From contig JAHZBE010000001.1 of NCBI GenBank assembly GCA_019423565.1, positions 189,944 through 253,943 of the forward strand: DNA of 64,000 nt, in the 5' to 3' direction. The DNA is from a bacterium. GTDB lineage: Bacteria; Bacillota_I; Bacilli_A; RF39; UBA660. The position numbers and the translations under genes were made by a program. Below are positions 1 to 9,374 of the stretch, piece by piece (within the stretch, counting starts at the first letter, position 1; every line of letters starts with the position of its first letter). A model generated the notes under the pieces. It was not told the origin of the DNA and did no database searches. It saw only the letters and a list, made by a program, of their open reading frames with translations.

Positions 1-2
1 AA

Positions 3-203
3 GAAGTTAAAAGTAATATTATTGAAACTTTAACTAAAGAAAAATTAGAAAATGATAAAACTCTTGAAGTTACAACTTTAGATGATTTAAGAAAATCTTA
101 TGGATTAAAATTTAAAGATGCTAAATTAAAGAAAAATTATAATAACTATATAAAAGATGCAATTAAACAAGCTGAAAAATCTGATTCATCATCTGAAAGT
201 TAA
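3..203 (+). CDS. 3' end (66 codons) of an upstream gene; K/E-rich tail ending SSSES, possibly a PrsA-like foldase C-terminus
   Basis: Frame 3 is open from the window edge to TAA at 201-203 and a hairpin terminator follows. The product guess is only compositional. Confidence 0.35.
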   Translation, partial: EVKSNIIETLTKEKLENDKTLEVTTLDDLRKSYGLKFKDAKLKKNYNNYIKDAIKQAEKSDSSSES

Positions 204-206
204 TAG

Positions 207-235
207 AAAAAAGTGATTAATCATCACTTTTTTTT
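207..235. terminator. Bidirectional rho-independent terminator between convergent genes
   Basis: AAGTGAT-taatc-ATCACTT stem flanked by an A-run and a T-run; overlaps the recX stop codon. Confidence 0.6.
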
Positions 236-960
236 AATCCTTTACTATATAATTTTTGTTTAATAAAATATTCAAGTTCTGAGCCACTATATTTACTTTT
301 ATATTTATTGTATAGCTTATTATATTCTTTATTATATAAATCTTCATTATTCAAATCTTTCTTGTTTAAAATATCAATTATATCTTCCTTGTTGTAACCT
401 TTATTCACAAAATCTGTAATTATTTTTTGTTTTAATAAACTTCCACCATATGATCTATTTGTTCTAATTTTTTTATCAATTAACTTTTCTAAATTATCAA
501 TTATATCTTCACCTGAATAGTTATTAATTTCTTCATCAACAATATCTTTATCAAGTTTTAATTTATATAATTCAGATTTTATTTTGTTTAGTCCTATGTT
601 ATTTAATCTTACTTTATCTGATATGTAACTTTTAACGTAATCTCTATCATTAAGTAAACCATTTTCTCTAAGTTTTAAAATAATTCTATCTGATAACTCA
701 TCATTAATTTCTTTGCTCTTTAGATACTTTCTTATTTCACTTTCACATCTCATTTTTTTACTAATATATTTAACTGTCATATCATAAATCATATAATTAT
801 TATTATCTTTTATTATGTCATCATAATCTTCTTCTATTTTTTTAGTTATAAGTAAATTATATTTTATGATTATATTTTCGTGTAAAAGAATATTTTTACC
901 ATTATCAAAAAAAACTTTGTATTTACTTCCAGCCATTTTTTTAAATTTTATTATTTTCAT
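217..960 (-). CDS. recX: RecX-like recombination regulator
   Basis: 247 aa of repeated helical modules, e.g. RCESEIRKYLKSKEINDELSDRIILKLRENGLLNDRDYVKSYI, typical of RecX. Confidence 0.75.
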   Translation of the reverse strand: MKIIKFKKMAGSKYKVFFDNGKNILLHENIIIKYNLLITKKIEEDYDDIIKDNNNYMIYDMTVKYISKKMRCESEIRKYLKSKEINDELSDRIILKLRENGLLNDRDYVKSYISDKVRLNNIGLNKIKSELYKLKLDKDIVDEEINNYSGEDIIDNLEKLIDKKIRTNRSYGGSLLKQKIITDFVNKGYNKEDIIDILNKKDLNNEDLYNKEYNKLYNKYKSKYSGSELEYFIKQKLYSKGLKKSDD

Positions 961-1017
961 CCTTTTCTCCTTATCACGAATTTATGTTCGCTTAAAATTT
1001 TAATTAAAAACTTAATA

Positions 1018-1212
1018 CTATTCTTTTACATGTATTAAGTTTTCAGCAACTTCTTCCAAAGCTCTACCTATGTTTTTTGTATTAACATATTTTTTTTCAT
1101 CTAATTGATAATGTTTTGTTTCCTTCATTTGATGAGATCTTTTAGATACAATATAAACTAATTGATATTTTGAAGGAACAATATTTAATACTTTATCGAT
1201 TGATGGATACAT
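1018..1212 (-). CDS. rpoZ: DNA-directed RNA polymerase subunit omega
   Basis: MYPSIDKVLNIVPSKYQLVYIVSKRSHQM matches the RpoZ N-terminal signature. Start moved to the ATG at 1212, which is preceded by AGGAG. Confidence 0.8.
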   Translation of the reverse strand: MYPSIDKVLNIVPSKYQLVYIVSKRSHQMKETKHYQLDEKKYVNTKNIGRALEEVAENLIHVKE

Positions 1213-1278
1213 TATTATCACACTCCTCACCATATAATATATTAATATTAAAAATAAATCAACATTTTTTACAAAACT

Positions 1279-2010
1279 TTACATTTTCGGTTTGTTTTCT
1301 AACATTTTTTCTTTTAATTCTTCCATATTCAAATCATAAATTCTTCTATTTGCAATCGAATTATTGTTATAACTATCCATTGAATTATAAAGATCAATTG
1401 CATTCTCTTCACTACCTAAAGCTTCCCCAACTTTATAAAATAATTCAGAACCATCACCATTTATAAAACTTTTTAATAAGAATTCTGCACCAAACACCTC
1501 ACAAAAATCATGAATTGCTCTATCAGGTATAGTTTCATAGTCTTTAGGACTATCTAAATAGAAATCTTTTACACTTGTTTCTTTGTTATAGCCTGTTATT
1601 AAAGTTCCAATATATGCTTTTAACATATCATTTAAGGCAAAACCATGAAATCTTAAATTTGTATCTCTACTTAAAAGTCCTTTATCATATCTATCTTCTT
1701 CAAAATTTAATTTCTGAGAAAGTACACTTAAAAGAGATTCAACAAGTTCTGCCTCATATTTTTTAGGACTAAAATCCGGATTTTCAAAATTTTGTTTAAT
1801 AGTATTACTTGTTTCATCATAAGAAACAACATAATTTTGTTTTCCTTGTACGTCTACAATTTTTAAATTTTCAAATAATTCTCTTGAATTATCATAATCA
1901 ATATTAACTCCAAACTTAGCGAAAAACAAATCTATTTTACTAATAGTCTGTGCTAATAAATTCTTATCAATATCACTAATATTCTTACCCAATAAATTCT
2001 TATCAAACAT
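1279..2010 (-). CDS. Hypothetical protein
   Basis: Long ORF with native-looking composition. GGTGA lies 5 nt upstream of the ATG at 2010. No recognisable motif. Confidence 0.55.
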   Translation of the reverse strand: MFDKNLLGKNISDIDKNLLAQTISKIDLFFAKFGVNIDYDNSRELFENLKIVDVQGKQNYVVSYDETSNTIKQNFENPDFSPKKYEAELVESLLSVLSQKLNFEEDRYDKGLLSRDTNLRFHGFALNDMLKAYIGTLITGYNKETSVKDFYLDSPKDYETIPDRAIHDFCEVFGAEFLLKSFINGDGSELFYKVGEALGSEENAIDLYNSMDSYNNNSIANRRIYDLNMEELKEKMLENKPKM

Positions 2011-2093
2011 TTTATTCACCTACTACAATTATAACACCATTTATGATAAAAACACAAATATAATATTAAAAAAATCCCAAAAGGGACATTTTT

Positions 2094-2813
2094 TTATTCT
2101 AAAACTTTTATTTCAATACCAAGAACACCGTATTTTTCTTGTTTATCCTGTGGATAATATTGCTCCATATCTTTAGGGTCTGCAATTTCATCTTCAGCAT
2201 AACCTAAAGATATTTTATCAAAATGTTTATATAATTCTTCAAAATTATCAAATTTATGTAATTTAATTACTTTTGTCTTTAATTTTTCTTTTGTGATCCT
2301 ATTTTCAAATTCAATAATATCTCCTTCTTTTATTAAACTCCTCTTTTCATCATTTAATCTTATTTCAATAGTTTTTGTTCCATTTTTTATAAGTTCAAAT
2401 GGAGCATTATGTAATCTCATTTCGTACATATTTTCCTCCTCATAATTCCATAATCCTAATTTTCCTTTTATAGGAATAGGTTTATCATATTTTATAACAT
2501 TTTCTAGTTTCCATGCATATGTCATCTCGTGTGATTCTCTTCCATATACTGTTTTATCAATTTTTAATAATTCATCTTCTAACTCTTTTGTAACAAGAAT
2601 ACAATCAGTAAGAAGCGCTTCACCTATAATCATACCTTTAGAACAATTTAAATTATAGTCTTTAAATTTTTTAAACATATCTTTTTCTTCGCTCATTCCA
2701 GCATGTATTAGTATTTTACCTCTATAATTTGTTTTCCATGATCTAAATTCATATTTTTTATAACCATCTATTATAAGTGTTGCCCATGGTTCTTTAATTG
2801 TTAATGCTTTCAT
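2094..2813 (-). CDS. Protein with two ASCH/PUA-like domains
   Basis: N-terminal half: MKALTIKEPWATLIIDGYKKYEFRSW..GKILIHAG. C-terminal half: MRLHNAPFELIKNGTKTIEIRLNDEKR..EGDIIEF. Both are ASCH-type patterns. Confidence 0.6.
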   Translation of the reverse strand: MKALTIKEPWATLIIDGYKKYEFRSWKTNYRGKILIHAGMSEEKDMFKKFKDYNLNCSKGMIIGEALLTDCILVTKELEDELLKIDKTVYGRESHEMTYAWKLENVIKYDKPIPIKGKLGLWNYEEENMYEMRLHNAPFELIKNGTKTIEIRLNDEKRSLIKEGDIIEFENRITKEKLKTKVIKLHKFDNFEELYKHFDKISLGYAEDEIADPKDMEQYYPQDKQEKYGVLGIEIKVLE

Positions 2814-3222
2814 GATTTTTCTCTCTTTCTAAATCAATTTTAATTTCTTCTATTATATGACCAATATTACCTTCTCCTGCATATTTATTCAAATTGAAGA
2901 AATTATCTGAAAGACTTCTCCACTCTAATTTATTAACTTCTTCTATTAGATTAACATCACTATTTAATACACCATAATAAACTTCAAGTTCTATATTCCA
3001 TTTTATATATGACAAGTTCATAAAATATACTAATTTAATATCATTTTTACTTATATTTGTTTCTTCATAAAGTTCTCTATATGCCTCTTCTAAGCTATTA
3101 TCATTTTCGATTTTACCACCAACAAAATTATACATTCCTTTATATGGTTCTTTTGTTCTTTTGCACATTAATGTACTTGTTATGTCTTTATCAAATATAA
3201 CAATTATATTCATTTTTTTCAT
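2794..3222 (-). CDS. NUDIX hydrolase
   Basis: Nudix box GGKIENDNSLEEAYRELYEETNI. Overlaps the downstream ASCH gene by 20 nt. Confidence 0.8.
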   Translation of the reverse strand: MKKMNIIVIFDKDITSTLMCKRTKEPYKGMYNFVGGKIENDNSLEEAYRELYEETNISKNDIKLVYFMNLSYIKWNIELEVYYGVLNSDVNLIEEVNKLEWRSLSDNFFNLNKYAGEGNIGHIIEEIKIDLEREKNHESINN

Positions 3223-5844
3223 TTATAACCACTCTCCATACTTTTTAATATATATCTTTTTAATAATAGAAACAATAGCAAAATATAAAATAACAAGTAA
3301 AATTAAGAATACATAAAATTCAAATGGTAAAATTACGAAGTGAAATGTGCCAATTTTAGTTAAAAGCATTGGAGTGATTATTGTTAATACAAGTGAAAAA
3401 ATAGTTAATACATTTAATTTATGACTTGCATTTGATTCTATAAAAGGCTTTTTACTTGTCCTAACATTATATATAATCATAAGCTCAGTTACAAGACAAG
3501 TTATAAACCACGCTGTTTGAAAATATGCTTGTTTATCTATACTATTATAACCTAATACAAACCAGAATATTATAAATGATATGACATCTATAATTGAACT
3601 TGTTATACCCATTACCTTCATAAATCTTGATATTCCCTTAGTATCCCATTTTTTAGGTTTAATTAAAAAATCTTTATCTACATTATCATATGGTATACCT
3701 ATTTGAGAAAAATCGTATATAAAATCTTGAAGTAACATTTGAATTGGAAGAAGTGGTAAAAATGGTAAAAATATACTTGAAATCATAATACTAAAAACAT
3801 CACCAAAATCCGCACTTAATGCCATTTTCATATATTTAATAATATTCCCATATACTTTTCTTCCTTCAATCACACCATCATATACAACTTTTAAACTTTG
3901 TTTTAATATAATTATATCGCTTGCTTCTTTCGCTATTGATGATGCGCTATTAACAGATATTCCAACATCTGACTTATTAAGTGAAGGAGCATCATTAACA
4001 CCATCTCCCATATATCCTACTACATGTCCATTTTTCTTATACAAATCAACTATTCTTTCTTTTTGAAGTGGATTCATTCTAGCGAATACATCTATATCTT
4101 CTATTTTTTTTGATAATTCCTCATCACTCATTTTGTCTATATCACTACCAAGTAATATATCATTGCCATTAAGTCCTACCAAATTACAAATATTTTTTGT
4201 AGCATATGGATTATCACCTGTTAATATCTTTGTTTTAACGCCTATTTTATATAAATTAGATATTGTTGTCTTAACATCTTTTTTAGCAGGATCTAAGAAA
4301 CATGTAAATCCTACAAATGTCATATTTTTTTCATATTCCGAATTAAATTTCAAATTTCCTGGATAATCATTCTTTTCTGCTAGAGCAATAACCTGCATAC
4401 CATTATTCGCAAGTTCCATTGCTTTATCCTTTATAACATTTATAAGTTCTTTTGTTATTTTCTTAATTTCACCATTAATAATTACACTATCACAATCATT
4501 AATTATTTCTTCTAGTGCACCTTTTGTTATCATTCTATATGCTGATTTATTTTTTACAACAACACTTTGTTTTTTTCTATTATAATCAAATGGTATTTCA
4601 TCAATCTTTTCATACTTTACTAAAGTAGTATCAAGTTTATGTTCTTTACCATAAGAAATAATTGCTTTATCAATTAAATTCTTTATACCTGTACTATAAT
4701 AACTATTTAAATATGCGTACTCTAATATATCTTCATTTTCATTACCTAATGCATCTATATATTTTTGAAGTGTTATATTATTTTCTGTTAACGTACCTGT
4801 TTTATCAGTACATAAAATATCTATTGCACCCAAATTTTGAATTGAAGCAATATTTTTAACAAGTGTTTTTTTATTTGCTAAACTTTTACTTCCTTTTGTT
4901 AAATTAACATTAAGAATCATTGGAAGCATACTTGGTGTAATACCTACCGCAACTGATAACGCAAACAAAAGTGCTTCACCAATATTTTGTTTAATTATAC
5001 CATCTATAATAATTACTACAAGACACACAACAACCATATATCTTATTAATAATTTAGTTATATTTTTTATACCTTTATCAAAATTAGTTACTTCTTTTTT
5101 TGTATTAACTTCTTTACCAACTTTACCTAAATATGTATTAAAGCCTGTATTTATTACAATGCCTTCTCCTCTTCCACTTACTACAGAAGTTCCCATAAGA
5201 CAAATATTATTTATATCAAATATTTCTTTTGCATTATTATTTACTTTATTATTTTTTTCTACTAATATACTTTCACCAGTAAATACTGACTCATTTAAAA
5301 ATAAATCTTTACTGTCAATTATTCTTAAATCAGCAGGAATTATTGTACCAGCATTTAATTTAATAATATCTCCAATTACAACATTTTCTACTTTTACTTC
5401 TTTTTCTTCATTATTTCTAAGTACATTTACTGTGGAATATATCTTTGACTTCAATTTCCTATTAAATTTATAAACTGAATAGTCTTGAAAAAATCTAATA
5501 AGCGCACTAATTATTCCTATCACTATAATTATTAATGATCCAAGAGTATCACCCAAAAGAAAATTAATTAATGAAAGAAACAATAAAATTATTATAAATT
5601 CATCTTTAAATGACATTAATAAAAAGTATAGTGGACTTTTTTTATCATCTTTTATAACAACATTTTTTCCATTTTTAGAAAGACGTATCTTTACTTCATT
5701 GTCATTTAGTCCTTGAACTTTCGAATTATATTTTTTCATTAATTCTTCATTATTTAAAATTGATTCATCCATGTATTTTTTTAGCATTTCACTATCATTC
5801 GTTTTAAGACTTTTTTCCTTTTTTATATCAAATATTTGAATCAT
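3223..5844 (-). CDS. P-type cation-transporting ATPase, MgtA-like
   Basis: DKTGTLT phosphorylation motif, TGES, MGDGVNDAP, about 870 aa with 10 TM segments. Start set at 5844 because an extended -10 (TGGTATAAT) lies inside the longer ORF and GAAGG precedes 5844. Confidence 0.8.
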   Translation of the reverse strand: MIQIFDIKKEKSLKTNDSEMLKKYMDESILNNEELMKKYNSKVQGLNDNEVKIRLSKNGKNVVIKDDKKSPLYFLLMSFKDEFIIILLFLSLINFLLGDTLGSLIIIVIGIISALIRFFQDYSVYKFNRKLKSKIYSTVNVLRNNEEKEVKVENVVIGDIIKLNAGTIIPADLRIIDSKDLFLNESVFTGESILVEKNNKVNNNAKEIFDINNICLMGTSVVSGRGEGIVINTGFNTYLGKVGKEVNTKKEVTNFDKGIKNITKLLIRYMVVVCLVVIIIDGIIKQNIGEALLFALSVAVGITPSMLPMILNVNLTKGSKSLANKKTLVKNIASIQNLGAIDILCTDKTGTLTENNITLQKYIDALGNENEDILEYAYLNSYYSTGIKNLIDKAIISYGKEHKLDTTLVKYEKIDEIPFDYNRKKQSVVVKNKSAYRMITKGALEEIINDCDSVIINGEIKKITKELINVIKDKAMELANNGMQVIALAEKNDYPGNLKFNSEYEKNMTFVGFTCFLDPAKKDVKTTISNLYKIGVKTKILTGDNPYATKNICNLVGLNGNDILLGSDIDKMSDEELSKKIEDIDVFARMNPLQKERIVDLYKKNGHVVGYMGDGVNDAPSLNKSDVGISVNSASSIAKEASDIIILKQSLKVVYDGVIEGRKVYGNIIKYMKMALSADFGDVFSIMISSIFLPFLPLLPIQMLLQDFIYDFSQIGIPYDNVDKDFLIKPKKWDTKGISRFMKVMGITSSIIDVISFIIFWFVLGYNSIDKQAYFQTAWFITCLVTELMIIYNVRTSKKPFIESNASHKLNVLTIFSLVLTIITPMLLTKIGTFHFVILPFEFYVFLILLVILYFAIVSIIKKIYIKKYGEWL

Positions 5845-5919
5845 TTTATCGCCTTCTTTATTATCTATAAAAATTATACCATAAAACATAAAAAAGAAAA
5901 AAATTCCTAATGGAATTTT

Positions 5920-6198
5920 TTAAAATTTTTTACAACAATTATCATCTACATTTGTACATACATTTTCTTCAGAACAAGTATATTCTGGTACATAAGTATG
6001 TTTATAAATGTGATTATTTACTATTCTTGTATGTACTGGACATACGTGAACTATTTCATGTACAAAATCTTTTTTTATACATTTTTCAACTGGTGCTTCA
6101 TATACTGGATCTTCACAGCATTTTTCTTCGCAAACAGTTGGACAACACTTATTTTCGTTATTGCAACAACCATTCATATTAAAATTATTATAAAACAT
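5920..6198 (-). CDS. CotD-like spore coat protein with Cys-rich termini
   Basis: VHEIVHVCPVHTRIVNNHIYKHTYVPEY core resembles the inner coat protein CotD family. AAGGAGG lies 6 nt before the ATG. Confidence 0.5.
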   Translation of the reverse strand: MFYNNFNMNGCCNNENKCCPTVCEEKCCEDPVYEAPVEKCIKKDFVHEIVHVCPVHTRIVNNHIYKHTYVPEYTCSEENVCTNVDDNCCKKF

Positions 6199-6260
6199 TT
6201 TAATCCTCCTTATCTATTACTAGAATATGAGAATTATAAATTTTTGAATAGTTTATTATC

Positions 6261-7577
6261 CTAAAATGGCATCTTAAATGAACCATTACTGAACATTTTC
6301 ATCATTTTTTTACTTTGTTCGAACTGAGTTAATAATTTATTTACTTCTTGAACACTTGTTCCAGAACCTTTTGCTATTCTTATTTTTCTATTAGCTTTTA
6401 TTATTTCTGGTTTTCTTCTTTCTTCAGGAGTCATAGAAAGAATTATTGCTTCCACTCTTGCCATGTCTTTTGGATCAATATTAATATTGTTTAATCCCAT
6501 TTTTTTAGCACCTGGTATTAATTTCAATAATCCTTCTATTGAACCTAATTTCTTTATTTGTTTAAATTGCGCTAAAAAGTCTTCTAAATCAAATTTACCT
6601 TTTTGCATTTTTTTAAATGTTTTTTCGGCATCTTTTTCATCTTCTTCAGTGTAAACAGATTCAACCTTTTCAACAAGAGACATAATATCTCCCATACCTA
6701 AAATTCTATTTACCATTCTTTCTGGATCAAATACTTCAAGTCCATCAAGTTTTTCAGAAGTACCCATAAATTTGATTGGAACATTTGTTAAGTGTCTAGC
6801 TGACAAGGCAACACCACCTTTAGTATCACCATCTAACTTAGTTAAAATAGTACCTGTAAGTGGTAATTTATCATTAAATCCATTAATTACATTAATAGCA
6901 TCTTGACCAATCATACTATCTAATACAAGTAATATTTCATCAGGATTAAATTCTTCATTTAATGATTTTAATTCGTTCATTAATTCTTCATCAACATGAA
7001 GTCTACCAGCAGTATCTATTAATATATAATCAAGTTTATTTTCTTTAGCATATTCTAATGCATTTCTAACTATTTCATTAGGATTTTTTATGCCTTCTTC
7101 ATAAACTGGAATATTAAGTTCTTTACCAATAGTTTTTAATTGTTCTATTGCAGCTGGTCTATATATATCACATGCGACAAATAAAGGCTTTTTATTATAT
7201 TTTTTTCTAAGTAAATTACCAAGTTTACCAATAGTTGTTGTTTTACCTGAACCTTGAAGACCTACAAGCATTAATATTGTAGGGTTCTTTTTAGTTTCTA
7301 TTTCACTAGTTCCCTCACCAAGTAAATTAAGTAATTCATCTTTTAATATTTTTAAAAATACTTCACTTGGTTTTAAACTTTTTCTTACCTCTTCACCAAG
7401 TGCTTTTTCTTTAACATTATTTGTAAATTCTTTAACTACTTGATAGTTGACGTCTGCTTCTAAAAGTGCAAGTCTAACTTCTCTTAAAACATCACTTATA
7501 TTATCTTCAGTTATAATTCCATATCCTTTTATTTTCTTCATTGCACTTTCTAATCTATCACTTAAATTTTCAAACAT
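6261..7577 (-). CDS. ffh: Signal recognition particle protein Ffh
   Basis: GLQGSGKTTT, DTAGR, TKLDGD and a Met-rich M domain. Confidence 0.95.
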   Translation of the reverse strand: MFENLSDRLESAMKKIKGYGIITEDNISDVLREVRLALLEADVNYQVVKEFTNNVKEKALGEEVRKSLKPSEVFLKILKDELLNLLGEGTSEIETKKNPTILMLVGLQGSGKTTTIGKLGNLLRKKYNKKPLFVACDIYRPAAIEQLKTIGKELNIPVYEEGIKNPNEIVRNALEYAKENKLDYILIDTAGRLHVDEELMNELKSLNEEFNPDEILLVLDSMIGQDAINVINGFNDKLPLTGTILTKLDGDTKGGVALSARHLTNVPIKFMGTSEKLDGLEVFDPERMVNRILGMGDIMSLVEKVESVYTEEDEKDAEKTFKKMQKGKFDLEDFLAQFKQIKKLGSIEGLLKLIPGAKKMGLNNINIDPKDMARVEAIILSMTPEERRKPEIIKANRKIRIAKGSGTSVQEVNKLLTQFEQSKKMMKMFSNGSFKMPF

Positions 7578-7588
7578 TATTTCACCTT

Positions 7589-7897
7589 CTAGCTTTCTAA
7601 TATATCTATTATTTCTTCTTTTAATCTTTCATCATTAGTACTTTTTAATTTTTCTTTTATTAAATTACTTTTTTTAATTATCTTTAATTTTTCCTCATAC
7701 TCTTTTAATTTAGCTTCAGCACTTTTTATTTGTTTATGAACTGCATTTCTACTTATTTCTAAGTTATCTGCAATTTCTCCTAAACTTAAATTATTAAAAT
7801 AGTAATCCATAAAATATTCTTTTTGCGAATCACTTAATAATTCTCCATAATAATCATATAACATTATTAATTCATTTATTTCATCCATACTATCCAC
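7589..7897 (-). CDS. ylxM: YlxM/UPF0122 putative DNA-binding protein
   Basis: LSLGEIADNLEISRNAVHKQIK HTH; conserved position between ftsY and ffh. Confidence 0.85.
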   Translation of the reverse strand: MDSMDEINELIMLYDYYGELLSDSQKEYFMDYYFNNLSLGEIADNLEISRNAVHKQIKSAEAKLKEYEEKLKIIKKSNLIKEKLKSTNDERLKEEIIDILES

Positions 7898-8881
7898 CTA
7901 TAATAATTCTTTAAAAAGTCCATATATATATTTTTCAATATCAAATGTTTTTAAATCTTCCATGCCTTCACCAAGACCAATAAATTTAACAGGAATATTA
8001 ACTTCTTCTTTAATAGCAAGAACTATACCACCTTTTGCAGTACCATCTAATTTAGTAAGTACAATGCCTGTTATATTTGTTATTTCTTTAAATTGTTTTG
8101 CCTGTGAAATACCATTTTGACCTGTTGTTGCATCTATTACTAAAAGTGTTTCTTGTGGTGAGCCTTCTATTAAATTACCTATTACTCTATTAATTTTATC
8201 TAACTCTTTCATTAGATTTACTTTATTTTGAAGTCTACCAGCAGTATCTATTAAAACAACATCATAATTATCTTCTTTCGCTTCTTCAAGGCCTTTATAT
8301 ATTACACTTGATGGATCTGCATTTAAAGTTGATGATACTACTTTTACACCTATTTTTTCTCCCCATGTTTCTAGTTGTTCAACTGCACCAGCTCTAAATG
8401 TATCTCCTGCGACCATCATTACTTTCTTACCCTTATCTTTTTCTCTTTTAGCAAGTTTTGCAATTGTAGTAGTTTTACCAACTCCATTTACTCCAACAAA
8501 TAAAATAACAGTTGGACCATTATCATTATATTTTATTTTGTCTACTAAAATTTCATCATTAACATATATTATGAATAATTCATCAACAATTAATTCTTTT
8601 AACTCTTTTGGGTCAGTTATTTTTTCATTTTTGGCTCTTGTAACTAATCTATCCATAAAACTCATAACTGTATTAACTCCAATATCAGCCATAATAAGTA
8701 TTTCTTCTAATTCTTCAAAATATTCACTATTTACTTTACTATATTTTTTATTTAACTTATTTAACTTATCTGTAAATTCTTTTCTTGTTTTTTCAAATCC
8801 TTTATCATATAAGTCTTTTTCTTTTTTATCTTCAAATGTATCTTTACTTACAATTTTTTTTAATTTATCAAAAAATCCCAT
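7898..8881 (-). CDS. ftsY: SRP receptor FtsY
   Basis: GVNGVGKTTT, DTAGRL and TKLDGTAKGG motifs. Confidence 0.95.
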   Translation of the reverse strand: MGFFDKLKKIVSKDTFEDKKEKDLYDKGFEKTRKEFTDKLNKLNKKYSKVNSEYFEELEEILIMADIGVNTVMSFMDRLVTRAKNEKITDPKELKELIVDELFIIYVNDEILVDKIKYNDNGPTVILFVGVNGVGKTTTIAKLAKREKDKGKKVMMVAGDTFRAGAVEQLETWGEKIGVKVVSSTLNADPSSVIYKGLEEAKEDNYDVVLIDTAGRLQNKVNLMKELDKINRVIGNLIEGSPQETLLVIDATTGQNGISQAKQFKEITNITGIVLTKLDGTAKGGIVLAIKEEVNIPVKFIGLGEGMEDLKTFDIEKYIYGLFKELL

Positions 8882-8944
8882 TCATATCACCATAATAATT
8901 ATATCATCTAAAAGCATAAAAAAAAAGAAAAATAAATTCCTTTT

Positions 8945-9280
8945 TTATACTGACATTACATAACCATATAATATTAAAACAAACATTAATACTATAAATA
9001 CTAAAATTAACGCATCAACCCATACATTAAACATTGCATCTTTACTTAATTTAAAACTTTGATCAGCATTTGAAATGTTATCATTTCTCTTTACTGTTGC
9101 TTTTTTAGTAGTACTTGTTTTAGGTGCCTTTTTTTCTGTTGTTGTTTTTGTTGCAACTTTTGTTGAAGGTTTTTTTGAAGTACTTTTAGCTGCTACTTTC
9201 TGTGTAGGTTTTTTTGTTGTATTTTTAGTTGTAGTTGTTTTTTTCTTAGTTGTTGTTGATGTCTTTTTTGTTTCTGCCAT
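8945..9280 (-). CDS. Lys/Thr-rich low-complexity protein with a C-terminal TM anchor
   Basis: GAGGGAG SD 7 nt before the ATG. About 70 aa of K/T repeats, then VWVDALILVFIVLMFVLILYGYV. Confidence 0.5.
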   Translation of the reverse strand: MAETKKTSTTTKKKTTTTKNTTKKPTQKVAAKSTSKKPSTKVATKTTTEKKAPKTSTTKKATVKRNDNISNADQSFKLSKDAMFNVWVDALILVFIVLMFVLILYGYVMSV

Positions 9281-9374
9281 ATTAACACTCCCTCTTTATT
9301 ATTGTATTCATTTTTATTATACATTATTTTTGTATACTTTTCTAGTATTTTTTTTACACTTTACACAAAAACAT

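Noticed and set aside
5845-5919. M-box or other riboswitch upstream of the MgtA-like ATPase
   Set aside because: Only about 75 nt separate the upstream stop from the start, and the probable -10 is about 30 nt from the ATG. That is too short for a riboswitch aptamer.
5910-6264. Plus-strand ORFs 5910-6182 and 5998-6264
   Set aside because: They are antisense to the CotD-like gene, have no SD, and are F/Y/I-rich.
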